Virus record (IMG/VR): IMGVR_UViG_3300027969_000051
Length of the DNA stretch: 64,000 nucleotides
Origin: an uncultured virus (IMG/VR IMGVR_UViG_3300027969_000051)
Lineage: Duplodnaviria > Heunggongvirae > Uroviricota > Caudoviricetes
Reading direction: 5' to 3' (one strand)
The notes beneath the pieces are model-generated. The model worked only from the letters and a program-made list of their open reading frames with translations, was not told the DNA's origin and ran no database searches. Of the stretch, positions 43,830 through 54,100 are shown in pieces (position 1 is the stretch's first letter; each line of letters opens with the position of its first letter). The position numbers and the translations under genes are program-made.

Positions 43830-44438
43830 ATGCAGAGTAAAGACGTAACAGGTGTTCATATAGAAGGTCATATTAAGATCTATGATCCCGTTTCCAACGA
43901 AGTTTATATTAATAAACGTAATGCTATTCATTATGAAAACATAAGTGTAGCTCTTGCGCAAACTTTATCAAACAGCGGAAACGGATTTGTCTACGAAATG
44001 GCGTTCGGGTCTGGCGGAACTAGTGTTGACCCAACGGGCATTATCACTTACCTAACGCCTAACACTAGCGGTACTAACGCTAGTTTATACAACGAAACTT
44101 ATGCTAAAGTAGTTGATCCTAACTCAGCAGTTAACGTTGACCCGTCAAGAAATTTTACAGAAATTCGACATGTATCAGGCACAAATTACACTGATGTATT
44201 TGTTACTTGTTTATTAGACTACGGCGAGCCCGACGGTCAAGTAGCGGCAGATACTACTAATACAGGCGAAACTTCGTTTGTCTTTGATGAATTAGGGTTG
44301 AAAAGTTATAACAGTACAGGATTAAGTTTACTGTTGACTCATGTGGTATTCCATCCAGTACAAAAAAGTTTAAATCGATTAATTCAAATTGATTATACTG
44401 TACGTATTCAAAGTTTAACCGGTCTAGTAGGAGTATAA
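43830..44438 (+). CDS. Baseplate / tail-fibre attachment protein
   Basis: MAFGSGG, FDELGL, THVVFHPVQKSLNRLIQIDYTVR; directly precedes the fibre genes. Confidence 0.6.
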   Translation: MQSKDVTGVHIEGHIKIYDPVSNEVYINKRNAIHYENISVALAQTLSNSGNGFVYEMAFGSGGTSVDPTGIITYLTPNTSGTNASLYNETYAKVVDPNSAVNVDPSRNFTEIRHVSGTNYTDVFVTCLLDYGEPDGQVAADTTNTGETSFVFDELGLKSYNSTGLSLLLTHVVFHPVQKSLNRLIQIDYTVRIQSLTGLVGV

Positions 44439-44442
44439 TTAG

Positions 44443-46653
44443 ATGACATATACCGTACCATTTACAGACTCAACTAACCCGGCAAAGACTCCACTTGTTG
44501 TACAAGACGGCGCCCTTAATGCACAAACAAATTTACAATTTCCTGGAAAAAATTATGCAGGATACGGTTCGATCATTGCTACTAATTTTATAAAATTATT
44601 AGAAAATTTTGCAAGAAAAGACGCACCGGGATCACTTGTCGGCGAAGGCTTACCAGTTCAGGGACAACTTTGGTTTGATACATCACCAGGTAACAATATA
44701 TTACGGGTGTATGATGGCACTGTGTGGAATGAAGCAGGTAACTTAAAAAAAGCTCCGTATGCTCAGGCTCCTGATCCTGCCGCTAGTACAGAAGGTGACC
44801 TATGGGTTGATACTACAAACAGCCAACTATATTTGTTTTCAGGTTCCCAGTGGTTGTTAATTGGGCCGCAATTTAGTTCAGGGCTACAAACAGGCCCGAT
44901 CATTGAAAAAATTGTCGATACACAAAATATTACACACGCTGTTATTTCAATGTTTGTAGCAGGTACTGATGCAGTTTCGTATCGAGTTGCGATTATTAGT
45001 AAAGATGCATTTACTCCAAAAGCATCGTTAGATGGATACACTGAAATTAAAGCAGGTATCAATTTATATTCAAATTCTCTTACTGCTGATTCTGCATTAC
45101 TATGGGGAACTGCTAAAAATTCTAGTAACCTTATATATAAAGGTACTTCAGTCTCTGGATCAAATTTTGTAAGATCTGATATTTCAAGTACAATTAACGC
45201 CGCTCTTAATATTCAAGATCAAGGCGGTCTTACTATAGGTACAGATTTAGCTTTTAATATTTCCCAAGGTGAAAACTCTACAGTATTGTATTCAAATAGT
45301 AGCACAAAAAATATCGATTTTAATTTGAATGGTACTATTGTAGTACACATTATGCCAAATGGTCGAGTTGGAATCGGCACGTTTAATCCTACATCAGTAT
45401 TAGATATAGCCGGCACGGTTACCTCAACAGGATTACTAGTTAATAAAACAACAGGGGGTATTACAACAGAATTATTTAAAGTTGATGGAACAACGTTAAC
45501 TACTACATCAACATTGCCAACAACATTCGGCGATGACGTTATAGTTAATGGTCAGCTAACAGTTAATTGGGTTGATAATACTAACACTCCGATAGCCGGG
45601 CCAGCATTATTACCTGGTATAGCCGACACTTACGACATCGGTAGTAGCACTTTAAGTTTTAGAAATATATATGCGCAGTCATTTGTTGGATCATTTAATG
45701 GATCATTTACTGGGAATGTGGTCGGTAGTGTATCTGGTTCTGCTGATAATTTAAAAACTGCAACAGTATTTTTGGTAGCAGGTGATGTTCAAACCAGCGA
45801 TCTAGGAGTAAGTTTTACAGGTCAGAGTCAAACAGGCACTGCAATTTTAAATACTACACTTAGTTCAACCGCAATTAGTGGAAAGACTTTAGCACAGTTC
45901 TCGCAAGACACTGATCGATTCTTAGTACTACAAAGTACTACTGCTGGGCAACAACTAGTTAATATGGATAAGAGAACATTCTTAACTGGCACTGCAAGTT
46001 ATGCGACTCCGGTAGGGGTTATTGCTCCATATGCAGGGTTAAGTACAAATATTCCACCTGGATATTTATTGTGTGACGGTAGTGAAATTAGTCGTACTAC
46101 ATTTACCTTGTTGTTTACTAAAATTGGGTATAATTTTAAACCTAAAGATCAACTATTATCAGATAAGGATGCATATTTTGCATTACCTGATTTAAGAGGC
46201 AGTTTTCCGTTGGGTCGAGACAACATGAATAACTATGCTGATGTTTCAAATTTCACCCAGGCAAAAGACACTAGCGGGACTTCAGTTCCGACAGGTGGGC
46301 AATTAGGTCCAGCAAATCGGGTAACTGATGTAGTTGCTAAAGATCTTGGCGGACGAAGCGGCGTACAAAACACAACAATACAACCAGGGCAACTACCACA
46401 GCACTGGCACTCCCTCAATGATGGAGTTGCACAATATTATGCACCCGGAGTAAACGGTGGCATTACTGATACTAGTGCAAAAGCTGCCGCAGCCAAAGGT
46501 CTACCAGCAACTGCTAGTACTGGGTATGGTATTACTAGTACACATGGAGTAATTGATCCACAAACCGGCGCAACTACAGTAGGACAATCATTTAATTTAA
46601 TGAATCCTTATGTGGCTATAAACTATATCATATTCACAGGTGTTTATCTATGA
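44443..46653 (+). CDS. Tail fibre with tail-collar domain (gp12-like C-terminus)
   Basis: PVGVIAPYAG..PPGYLLCDG, FALPDLRG, QLPQHWH, MNPYVAINYII. Confidence 0.85.
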   Translation: MTYTVPFTDSTNPAKTPLVVQDGALNAQTNLQFPGKNYAGYGSIIATNFIKLLENFARKDAPGSLVGEGLPVQGQLWFDTSPGNNILRVYDGTVWNEAGNLKKAPYAQAPDPAASTEGDLWVDTTNSQLYLFSGSQWLLIGPQFSSGLQTGPIIEKIVDTQNITHAVISMFVAGTDAVSYRVAIISKDAFTPKASLDGYTEIKAGINLYSNSLTADSALLWGTAKNSSNLIYKGTSVSGSNFVRSDISSTINAALNIQDQGGLTIGTDLAFNISQGENSTVLYSNSSTKNIDFNLNGTIVVHIMPNGRVGIGTFNPTSVLDIAGTVTSTGLLVNKTTGGITTELFKVDGTTLTTTSTLPTTFGDDVIVNGQLTVNWVDNTNTPIAGPALLPGIADTYDIGSSTLSFRNIYAQSFVGSFNGSFTGNVVGSVSGSADNLKTATVFLVAGDVQTSDLGVSFTGQSQTGTAILNTTLSSTAISGKTLAQFSQDTDRFLVLQSTTAGQQLVNMDKRTFLTGTASYATPVGVIAPYAGLSTNIPPGYLLCDGSEISRTTFTLLFTKIGYNFKPKDQLLSDKDAYFALPDLRGSFPLGRDNMNNYADVSNFTQAKDTSGTSVPTGGQLGPANRVTDVVAKDLGGRSGVQNTTIQPGQLPQHWHSLNDGVAQYYAPGVNGGITDTSAKAAAAKGLPATASTGYGITSTHGVIDPQTGATTVGQSFNLMNPYVAINYIIFTGVYL

Positions 46654-47954
46654 GCTATTCAATAAATTTAACAAATGGGTCGCCGTTAATTAATGTTAAT
46701 GATGGGCAGATTGATCAAACAAAAACTGATATAACGCTAATTGGTAGAAATTCATCAAGCTATGGGTTGTTTATTAACGATAACTTTATTCACATGTTGG
46801 AGAATTTTGCCAACACCTCCCAACCTAATAATCCGTTAAAAGGCCAATTATGGTTTGACACTACACAAAGCAGATTAAAAGTATACGATGGACAAAATTT
46901 TAAAGTCAGCGGAGGCAGCTTAGTTTCTGCATCAGCCCCAAGCGGAATAGCTTCCGGAGATATATGGATTAATAGCGCAACAAAACAGTTATTCTTTAAT
47001 GACGGAGTGCAAACAACACTGGCAGGCCCGGTGTACACATCTGCACAAGGTCCATCTGGATTTGTGGTTGAAAATATTGTTGACACAAATGGGGCAGAAC
47101 ATACAATAGTTAAACTTAAAGTATCTGATAATTTAATAGGAATTTTTTCCGATGCGGCGTTTACTCCAGCTACTAACATAACTGGATATACTTCATCAAC
47201 GCAGTTCATTGGCAATCAATTAGGCAGTACTTTAAATGTAACGCAGATCATTACTGGAACGTTGTCAATTGGACAAACAATTACTGGTGTAGGAATTATA
47301 CCTAATACAAAGATTACTGGATTTTTAACTGGCCCAGGTGGCACCGGAGTAGCATCGGGATTAACTGGCGCATACTCTGTAAGCACAGCGGCAACTGTAG
47401 CATCCGCAACGTTAACAGCAATATACGGAGATGTTAAAATTGGGTTTAATGTTGGAACTTTTGGTGGGGTATCTTTTAATGTGCCAGTATCACAAGCTAG
47501 TGCATTATTAGCATCTGACGGATCTCTTAAAACAGCAGATAGTTTCCTTTCAGTAGCGACAGCATCGTCGACAACTGGTACATTATCGATACAAAATAAC
47601 ATACCGCTTGTATTAGGATCAGCAGGTCAAATACAGGTTAATCTTGACATTCCAACAAACACATTTCAACTCTATTCAAAAATTGCCAATCAAAACTTTG
47701 ATATTAATTTATCAGATGGTACAAATCTATCTGCATTCCGTATCACAGCGGCAACACGTAAAACAGGAATTTATACAGCTACACCTGCTACAACATTAGA
47801 TGTAAATGGTACATTTAGATTTAATACGCTTACTCCCCAAAGCAGTACAGCCGCAGGAACAGCAGGGCAAATTGCTTGGGATAGCAGTTACCTATACATC
47901 TGTGTAGCAACTAACACATGGCGAAGAATAACTATCCCTGGAAGCGGTTGGTAA
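46650..47954 (+). CDS. Tail fibre/baseplate paralogue
   Basis: Shared N-terminus LIGRN..YG...NF..MLENFA...P..GQLWFD; C-terminal GQIAWDSSYLYICVATNTWRR. Confidence 0.75.
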   Translation: MSYSINLTNGSPLINVNDGQIDQTKTDITLIGRNSSSYGLFINDNFIHMLENFANTSQPNNPLKGQLWFDTTQSRLKVYDGQNFKVSGGSLVSASAPSGIASGDIWINSATKQLFFNDGVQTTLAGPVYTSAQGPSGFVVENIVDTNGAEHTIVKLKVSDNLIGIFSDAAFTPATNITGYTSSTQFIGNQLGSTLNVTQIITGTLSIGQTITGVGIIPNTKITGFLTGPGGTGVASGLTGAYSVSTAATVASATLTAIYGDVKIGFNVGTFGGVSFNVPVSQASALLASDGSLKTADSFLSVATASSTTGTLSIQNNIPLVLGSAGQIQVNLDIPTNTFQLYSKIANQNFDINLSDGTNLSAFRITAATRKTGIYTATPATTLDVNGTFRFNTLTPQSSTAAGTAGQIAWDSSYLYICVATNTWRRITIPGSGW

Positions 47955-47968
47955 CGAGCCCAAATTAT

Positions 47969-47976
47969 GATAAATA
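47969..47976 (+). promoter_or_regulatory. Late promoter GATAAATA
   Basis: Intergenic, upstream of AAGGA SD and ATG at 48003. Confidence 0.7.
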
Positions 47977-48002
47977 CACTGAAATAAGGAACGAGCGATA
48001 AT

Positions 48003-49469
48003 ATGTCATACTCAATCAAGCACTATAACGGGGTAGCTATTGCTACAGTCGCAGATGGGACTGTAGATACTTCCCTTGATATTACCCTAATTGGTAAAAA
48101 TTACGCAGGGTATGGCCAAGCCCAAAATGAAAATTTTGTGTATTTGCTAGAAAACTTTTGCAATACCACACAACCACCTAGTCCTACAAAAGGGCAAATA
48201 TGGTACGATAGCGGTAACAAAAAACTAAAATTCTGGGACGGGTCACTGTTCCGTACAACCGGCGGCGCAGAGATTGGTAATTCAGCACCTTCGGGGCTTA
48301 CTACTGGCGATTTCTGGTTTAATACTGCTAGTAATCAATTATACGCATGGACCGGGGCTGCATTTACGTTAATTGGCCCACAAGAAGTTACTGGTCGTGG
48401 TACAACAGAAATGCGATCAACCCTACTGCTAGACGATTCTAATAATCCTCATGCAGTTATCCAAGGATTTGCAGATGGTAATACTATCTTTATTATCAGT
48501 TCAGACGGCCCATTTAACTTAAATCAAACTCAAAATCCTATTTCGGGATTTGATCAAATTCATCAAGGTCTAACACTTTGTTATACTACAAGTTCGACTA
48601 GTGGTGTAACATCGAGTAGTCATAGATTCTGGGGAACAGCTAGTAATTCTGATAAACTAAACGGGCTACCGGCAAGTTCTTATATTCAAGCAGGTAATGC
48701 AAACTTTGGTACTTTGGTTAATTTTAGTGATGCTGGGTTTACAGTTGGTAATCCTATTGCAAAATTAGCAGTGTTTAATGCTAGCCAGACAACACCAACA
48801 ATTCAAAATACTTACGGCCCGACAATTAACTTCCTGACAACAGTTTCCGGTTCAACTAAGAACCCATTAGTAATTACTGGTAACGATGTAACTCCAGGTC
48901 AAAGCGGAGTTAGCAATTTAGGAACAAATTCATTACAATGGGCAAACGTGTATGCTAGTTATGTATACTCAACTGCACAAAAAGCTGATTATCTAAACGT
49001 CGGCGGTGCTTATGTTAGTGCTAGTATTGCGTCAAGCCCTAGTACAATAGTTTCTAGAGATAGTAATCAGAATATTTTTGCAAATCTATTTAATGGTACA
49101 GCAACAGCGGCACAATATGCTGACTTAGCAGAAAAATATCTAGCAGACAAAGAATACGAACCGGGAACAGTAGTTTCAGTTTGCACTCACGGTGATCACG
49201 AAGTCGAAGCAAGCTCCGCAGGTAGACGTGCAGTCGGAGTTGTAAGTACTAATCCAGCTTTTATGATGAACAAAGATTTAGAAGGTGGTACTTATATTGC
49301 TCTAAAAGGAAGAGTTCCTGTAAAAGTTATAGGACCGATTACTAAAGGTGACGAACTTATTGCTAGTGATAACGGATACGGAGTTGCAGGCGACGGCAAA
49401 GTATTTGCTGTTGCTCTTGAATCTAATGACAGCAATGATGTCAAACTTGTAGAATGTGTGATTCTATAA
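48003..49469 (+). CDS. Tail fibre paralogue with C-terminal intramolecular-chaperone-like domain
   Basis: Same N-terminal domain; C-terminal YADLAEKY..D..YEPGTVV, GVVSTNPAFMMN, LKGRVPVKV. Confidence 0.75.
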   Translation: MSYSIKHYNGVAIATVADGTVDTSLDITLIGKNYAGYGQAQNENFVYLLENFCNTTQPPSPTKGQIWYDSGNKKLKFWDGSLFRTTGGAEIGNSAPSGLTTGDFWFNTASNQLYAWTGAAFTLIGPQEVTGRGTTEMRSTLLLDDSNNPHAVIQGFADGNTIFIISSDGPFNLNQTQNPISGFDQIHQGLTLCYTTSSTSGVTSSSHRFWGTASNSDKLNGLPASSYIQAGNANFGTLVNFSDAGFTVGNPIAKLAVFNASQTTPTIQNTYGPTINFLTTVSGSTKNPLVITGNDVTPGQSGVSNLGTNSLQWANVYASYVYSTAQKADYLNVGGAYVSASIASSPSTIVSRDSNQNIFANLFNGTATAAQYADLAEKYLADKEYEPGTVVSVCTHGDHEVEASSAGRRAVGVVSTNPAFMMNKDLEGGTYIALKGRVPVKVIGPITKGDELIASDNGYGVAGDGKVFAVALESNDSNDVKLVECVIL

Positions 49470-49470
49470 C

Positions 49471-49478
49471 TATAAATA
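49471..49478 (+). promoter_or_regulatory. Late promoter TATAAATA
   Basis: Exact consensus upstream of AAGGAG SD. Confidence 0.75.
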
Positions 49479-49496
49479 TTCTACAAGGAGATATGA

Positions 49497-50522
49497 ATGA
49501 CTGGAGTAGGAACAAATATTGCGGCTAATGATTATAATAACATTTATAATACCATAGCACCAATTTTAGGAACCGCGAGCACAGGCTACGGACAAGCAGT
49601 CCAGTCTAGCCAAGTCGCGACAGCAGCCACAATTACAGTCGGGCAATGGAATGCGCTTGAGACAGATATTACTGCAATGTTTTGGCATCAACTGAATTCA
49701 GCTCCTTCACCGGCATTGACTCATGCTACTAACTTAATAAAAATTCGAGAAGACGATCGTGCCAAATATTTGTTAATGGCACAAGCACTGGCTAATCCTA
49801 ATCCCACTTCGGTTAACTCGGTTAGTTATCCTGGATGTTATACTATACCTCCATTAGGACAGACTACTAGCCCGATTAGTGGAACATTCCCTATAGTTAG
49901 TACACGCGGTACTCGATGGGGCGGGACAACATCTGGACCAGTTGTTGAAAGTAATATTCCAACGGTTACCCATACTACTCAACTAGTTTGGCCAAGTGCC
50001 GCAGCCGCACAGTATTTCTTTAATTCAGGCGGAGTTGTTACTTTTTCAGCATCACGATCAGGTGGTACAACTACTACAAAAAATACTTCGTGGACTACAC
50101 TACTGGCTACTACGAATACTGTAACTTTTAGTTATAGTGGCTGTTCCAGCGCAGGCGCAGGTGACGGTACATCATATGGGTGGAGTTGGTTTAACGCTAA
50201 TTTAAATACTGCATCGATTCAAGTTTTTAGTAATAGTTTAGGCGCATCTGGCACTGCCTTATATGCACCAAACAAGTATAATATCTTAGTTAGTATAGAT
50301 GCCGCTGGAAAAGCATTAACATTTGCATGCCAGTTTCAGGATCTTTCAAATTCGACCACTGAAAATTTATACAAAAATACTCCCGGAAACATATTTGACA
50401 TTGACGAAGACATCGACGGTACTTTAACTAGCACTCTTAATATTAAATACGCTTCGGGATCATATGTCTCGGCATCAACCTATCTACCATCACCGGTACT
50501 TGTAACTAGCATTGGGCCTTAA
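49497..50522 (+). CDS. Virion structural protein (fibre-associated)
   Basis: DYN..ILG...GYGQ, WNAL..DI..HQ, AQYFFNSGG, KNTSW; paralogous to the next ORF. Confidence 0.65.
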   Translation: MTGVGTNIAANDYNNIYNTIAPILGTASTGYGQAVQSSQVATAATITVGQWNALETDITAMFWHQLNSAPSPALTHATNLIKIREDDRAKYLLMAQALANPNPTSVNSVSYPGCYTIPPLGQTTSPISGTFPIVSTRGTRWGGTTSGPVVESNIPTVTHTTQLVWPSAAAAQYFFNSGGVVTFSASRSGGTTTTKNTSWTTLLATTNTVTFSYSGCSSAGAGDGTSYGWSWFNANLNTASIQVFSNSLGASGTALYAPNKYNILVSIDAAGKALTFACQFQDLSNSTTENLYKNTPGNIFDIDEDIDGTLTSTLNIKYASGSYVSASTYLPSPVLVTSIGP

Positions 50523-50524
50523 TC

Positions 50525-52831
50525 GTGGCGACAACAGCGGTTAGTTCAGTAAGTGCAGTCGGTGTCCTTTCTGTAGCATCTACAACTGGATTTAGTCTAA
50601 CCGAATCAGTACGGTTAGCCGGAACAGCATTTGGTGGTCTTTTGACCGGCACCACATACTATATCATTAACATAGGTGCCGGCACTATTACTCTCAGCAG
50701 TACAAGAGGCGGGTCGGCCTTATCAATAGCCGGCGGGTCTGGAACACTACTAACATTAAGCTCTTATTTCTCAGTTAAATCAGTATCTACTAGTGGTGTT
50801 ATTTCAGTCTCTTCTGTCAATACATTTGCTATCGGAAACTCTGTACGATTAACTGGAACAGCATTCGGGGGATTATCAAATAGTGTAACTTATTGGATAA
50901 TTGCTGTAGACTCGGGTAATAATCTTATAACACTGAGTGCTTCAATATACGGATCTGTGATAGCTATTGCAGGTGGTACCGGAGTGATGAGCTTGATTCA
51001 TTATCAGTTAATCGGCCCGGGTGCTGGCAATATTATTGAATATACTGATTACAACGCAATACAGTCATTAGTTGCTCCGATACTCGGGCAATATTCTACA
51101 GGTTACGGCCAGGCACTTGCTACAGTAACTACTAACGGTGGCACAGGCACAGTAACATACGGGCCAAACAAAAAAGTTTCGGCAGCATCATGGAACGCAT
51201 TGTTGGCTGATATAACAGCATTAAATTTCCACCAATTAAATACTAGTCCTAAGTTTAATGGGTCGGCATTGACTACAGTGACCACAACGACCTTGATTAG
51301 AGATATAGATCGTTATCAATATTTACAAGTAGCAACTGGACTTACTAGTACTACACCTATTACAATAGGCGGTGTAGCGTATCCGGGATGTTATGTAATA
51401 GTGCCAACCGGACAAAATACAACTCCTACATATGGAATTTTTCCTAAACAATCTATTAGATTAAATGGATGGGGTGGGTCAAAAGTTACAAATAGTGAGA
51501 TTGTTTCTCTAGGATATATTTCCGGAACACGGATGTCATTGACTGGAACGAATTATACATCATCCAGCCCTGGTGCATTAGCCGGAATGAAAGTAACAGG
51601 AGCCGGTATATTACCCAATACGTTTATTTCGTCAGTAGACGAAGCTACATTTCAAGGGTCAATTTCAGGTTCAACGTTAACCCTTAGTGCAACTATCGCC
51701 GGGACTGTTGCGATCGGTATGTTTATTGTATGCGATAAAATTGGTTATCCTGGAGCATTCATTATCGGCGGTGCCGGCACAACCTGGTCATTAAGTTTAA
51801 CTCAAGATGTGCCTATAGCCCAGACTGGTGGAGCATATAACGTATTTTTTGGAACAAAATTTTCAATAACTCAAAGCCAAACAGTTGGTAGTGTAAATTT
51901 TAAGGTATCGATCACTAGCTCGTTTAACGTGCTCGTCTCAGATATATCAACAGTAAATCATGCTCTTACAGTAACATTCCCCTCGGCTAATGCTGCCTTG
52001 TATTATTTTAACTCCGGAAGTATTATAACATTTGCCGGTAGTAGAGATTCTTCAATCGCGCCCGGCGGGTCTTCTACATTGAAAAATACAGCCTGGACGA
52101 CTATGCTGACTAATCAAAAAACCATATCTTTTTCTAAATCAGAGGTTGCTACTAATGGTGCTAGTGGTACCGGATCTATCTTTGGATGGGACTGGTTATA
52201 TGCACATCCGTCGACTGACTACACAATCTTCACTAATAGTTTAGGCAGTGCTGGCTCACAGTTATACTCACCGAATCAATATGATATTGTAGCAAGCCTC
52301 GATGCAACTAAAACTATTATTACCTTTAAGGCAGAATTTAAAGATTTATCTACGCCTGCTAATGAATTAACTTTTAAGGGTGGATCAAATATTTTTGATA
52401 CAGACGAAGATGTTGATGGTACATTAATCAGTACGGTTAACCTAACCTATGCATCTGGATCTTATGTTTCGGCGACAGCATACTTACCGGCACCTGCGAA
52501 CACCATAGAGCTTTCTGCTGGTACAACTGTTGCGATTACTAGTATTCAAGTATCAAATCTTGCGTTAGGTGCCGGCGGATTTGCAACATTTACAATTACT
52601 ACAACTGGGATAGCAAATGGCACTAGTATGACTTGGTTGCAAGTCGGAACGGCAACATCTGGGTATTTCCAAGATGGACTAGTGACTGGCACTTTTAATA
52701 TCAATTCTGATGTTGGAATTATAACACGAGCTGTGGCTATTTCTGGTATTACTGCCTTAAAAACTCTTCAATTAGAACTTTTCCTTAATGGTGTTCCGTA
52801 CGGTGCAACACCAATTGTTACTATATCTTAA
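50525..52831 (+). CDS. Expanded paralogue of the preceding virion protein with added beta-rich modules
   Basis: GTG start; contains the whole 341-aa scaffold plus N-terminal, internal and C-terminal additions. Confidence 0.7.
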   Translation: MATTAVSSVSAVGVLSVASTTGFSLTESVRLAGTAFGGLLTGTTYYIINIGAGTITLSSTRGGSALSIAGGSGTLLTLSSYFSVKSVSTSGVISVSSVNTFAIGNSVRLTGTAFGGLSNSVTYWIIAVDSGNNLITLSASIYGSVIAIAGGTGVMSLIHYQLIGPGAGNIIEYTDYNAIQSLVAPILGQYSTGYGQALATVTTNGGTGTVTYGPNKKVSAASWNALLADITALNFHQLNTSPKFNGSALTTVTTTTLIRDIDRYQYLQVATGLTSTTPITIGGVAYPGCYVIVPTGQNTTPTYGIFPKQSIRLNGWGGSKVTNSEIVSLGYISGTRMSLTGTNYTSSSPGALAGMKVTGAGILPNTFISSVDEATFQGSISGSTLTLSATIAGTVAIGMFIVCDKIGYPGAFIIGGAGTTWSLSLTQDVPIAQTGGAYNVFFGTKFSITQSQTVGSVNFKVSITSSFNVLVSDISTVNHALTVTFPSANAALYYFNSGSIITFAGSRDSSIAPGGSSTLKNTAWTTMLTNQKTISFSKSEVATNGASGTGSIFGWDWLYAHPSTDYTIFTNSLGSAGSQLYSPNQYDIVASLDATKTIITFKAEFKDLSTPANELTFKGGSNIFDTDEDVDGTLISTVNLTYASGSYVSATAYLPAPANTIELSAGTTVAITSIQVSNLALGAGGFATFTITTTGIANGTSMTWLQVGTATSGYFQDGLVTGTFNINSDVGIITRAVAISGITALKTLQLELFLNGVPYGATPIVTIS

Positions 52832-52854
52832 CCAGATATATTTTTCCTAACTAG

Positions 52855-52892
52855 TTGACAAGATAACTATAATAGTGTAACATTGTACACTA
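52855..52892 (+). promoter_or_regulatory. Promoter region of the glycosyltransferase cassette
   Basis: Late-box variant GATAACTA (52862-52869); possible TTGACA-17-TAACAT; hairpin TAGTGTA/TACACTA before GGAG SD. Confidence 0.45.
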
Positions 52893-52904
52893 CGGAGTTT
52901 ATCT

Positions 52905-53255
52905 ATGGACGAAAGAATTGAAAAAGCATTTGCAGTTGCTAATTACACTGCTACCTTGTCAAATCAGCGCAGGATAATTTTAGAAGAATATACTCAAAAG
53001 TTAGTCTACTACACTAATGGCGCAACATTTAAAGTTGACCCAAACCTAATTAACTTTATTAAAAATGTATTAGATTTAGGGCATTCAACAGAGGTTCCAT
53101 TTGTCGATGCAAACAACATACCGGTAGTAATCCCAAATGTTCAAGATTTTTTTGATGCAGTCGTTGGGGTATACTTTGAAGCAGTTAACGACTATTCAGC
53201 CAAGTACAAAGAGATTCGTACAAAAAGAAAAATTGAAGACATAATCGGCCTATGA
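52905..53255 (+). CDS. Hypothetical protein, possibly a fibre assembly chaperone
   Basis: 116 aa; GGAG SD; ATGA overlap with the next gene. Confidence 0.55.
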   Translation: MDERIEKAFAVANYTATLSNQRRIILEEYTQKLVYYTNGATFKVDPNLINFIKNVLDLGHSTEVPFVDANNIPVVIPNVQDFFDAVVGVYFEAVNDYSAKYKEIRTKRKIEDIIGL

Positions 53256-54100
53256 CAGTTGGTTGCTTATTATTTGCTCAAAACACTTCTTCGATTGACT
53301 ATGTTAAGATGGCAGCGTTTGCGGCCAAGAGAGTGCGACAATATTTAGATATACCTGTTACACTAATTACTAATAATAAAACTAGAATTATACACCCTAA
53401 TATTGATAAAGACTTTGACGGTGTTATAGAAATCCCACCAGCAAGATTGACTCAACAACGTGTATTTTATGATGGTAGTTTATATTCTAAGACTGCTGAA
53501 TGGAGTAATTTTTCAAGGAGTCAAGTTTATAACTTAACACCATACGATCAAACTCTAGTAATGGATACTGATTATATATTAAACTCAAGTATTCTTAAAC
53601 CTGCATTCGATAACGATCACGATTTTCAAATTTATAGACGGTGTTTTGATCTATCTTTAGATAGAGAGCCCGATGCATTCAAACGTATTAATAATTACAG
53701 TATACCATTTTATTGGGCGACGGTTTTTGTATTCCGCAAGTCAGTAACAATGGAATGTTTTTTTGATTTAGTAGAATATATAAAAGATAATTGGGTATAT
53801 TTTAGGACATTGTATAGTATTGCGGCTCCGACGTTTAGGAATGATTTCGCTTTCAGTATAGCTATTCATATTATGAACGGAAAAGCTAATGGAGAATTTG
53901 CAGTTGACCTACCTGGAAAAATGATATTTTCTTCAGATAGAGACGTGCTAGTAAACACTGATGGTGATAAAATGAAATTTCTAGTTGAAAAGAAAAACAG
54001 ATTAGGCGAATATAATCTAGTAAAAACTACAGGACTTGATGTACATGTAATGAACAAGTTTAGCCTTAATCGATTTATCGACGGAGGTCTAGGTGTCTAA
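53252..54100 (+). CDS. GT-A fold glycosyltransferase-like (GT8-like)
   Basis: TPYDQTLVMDTD (DxD), WATVFVFRK, FRNDFAFSIA. Confidence 0.65.
   Translation: MTVGCLLFAQNTSSIDYVKMAAFAAKRVRQYLDIPVTLITNNKTRIIHPNIDKDFDGVIEIPPARLTQQRVFYDGSLYSKTAEWSNFSRSQVYNLTPYDQTLVMDTDYILNSSILKPAFDNDHDFQIYRRCFDLSLDREPDAFKRINNYSIPFYWATVFVFRKSVTMECFFDLVEYIKDNWVYFRTLYSIAAPTFRNDFAFSIAIHIMNGKANGEFAVDLPGKMIFSSDRDVLVNTDGDKMKFLVEKKNRLGEYNLVKTTGLDVHVMNKFSLNRFIDGGLGV

Noticed and set aside
52870..52881. 12-mer TAATAGTGTAAC shared with the candidate RNA (10660-10671, minus strand) as a guide-target pair
   Set aside because: An AT-rich 12-nt match between a 460-nt query and 64 kb on both strands is expected by chance.
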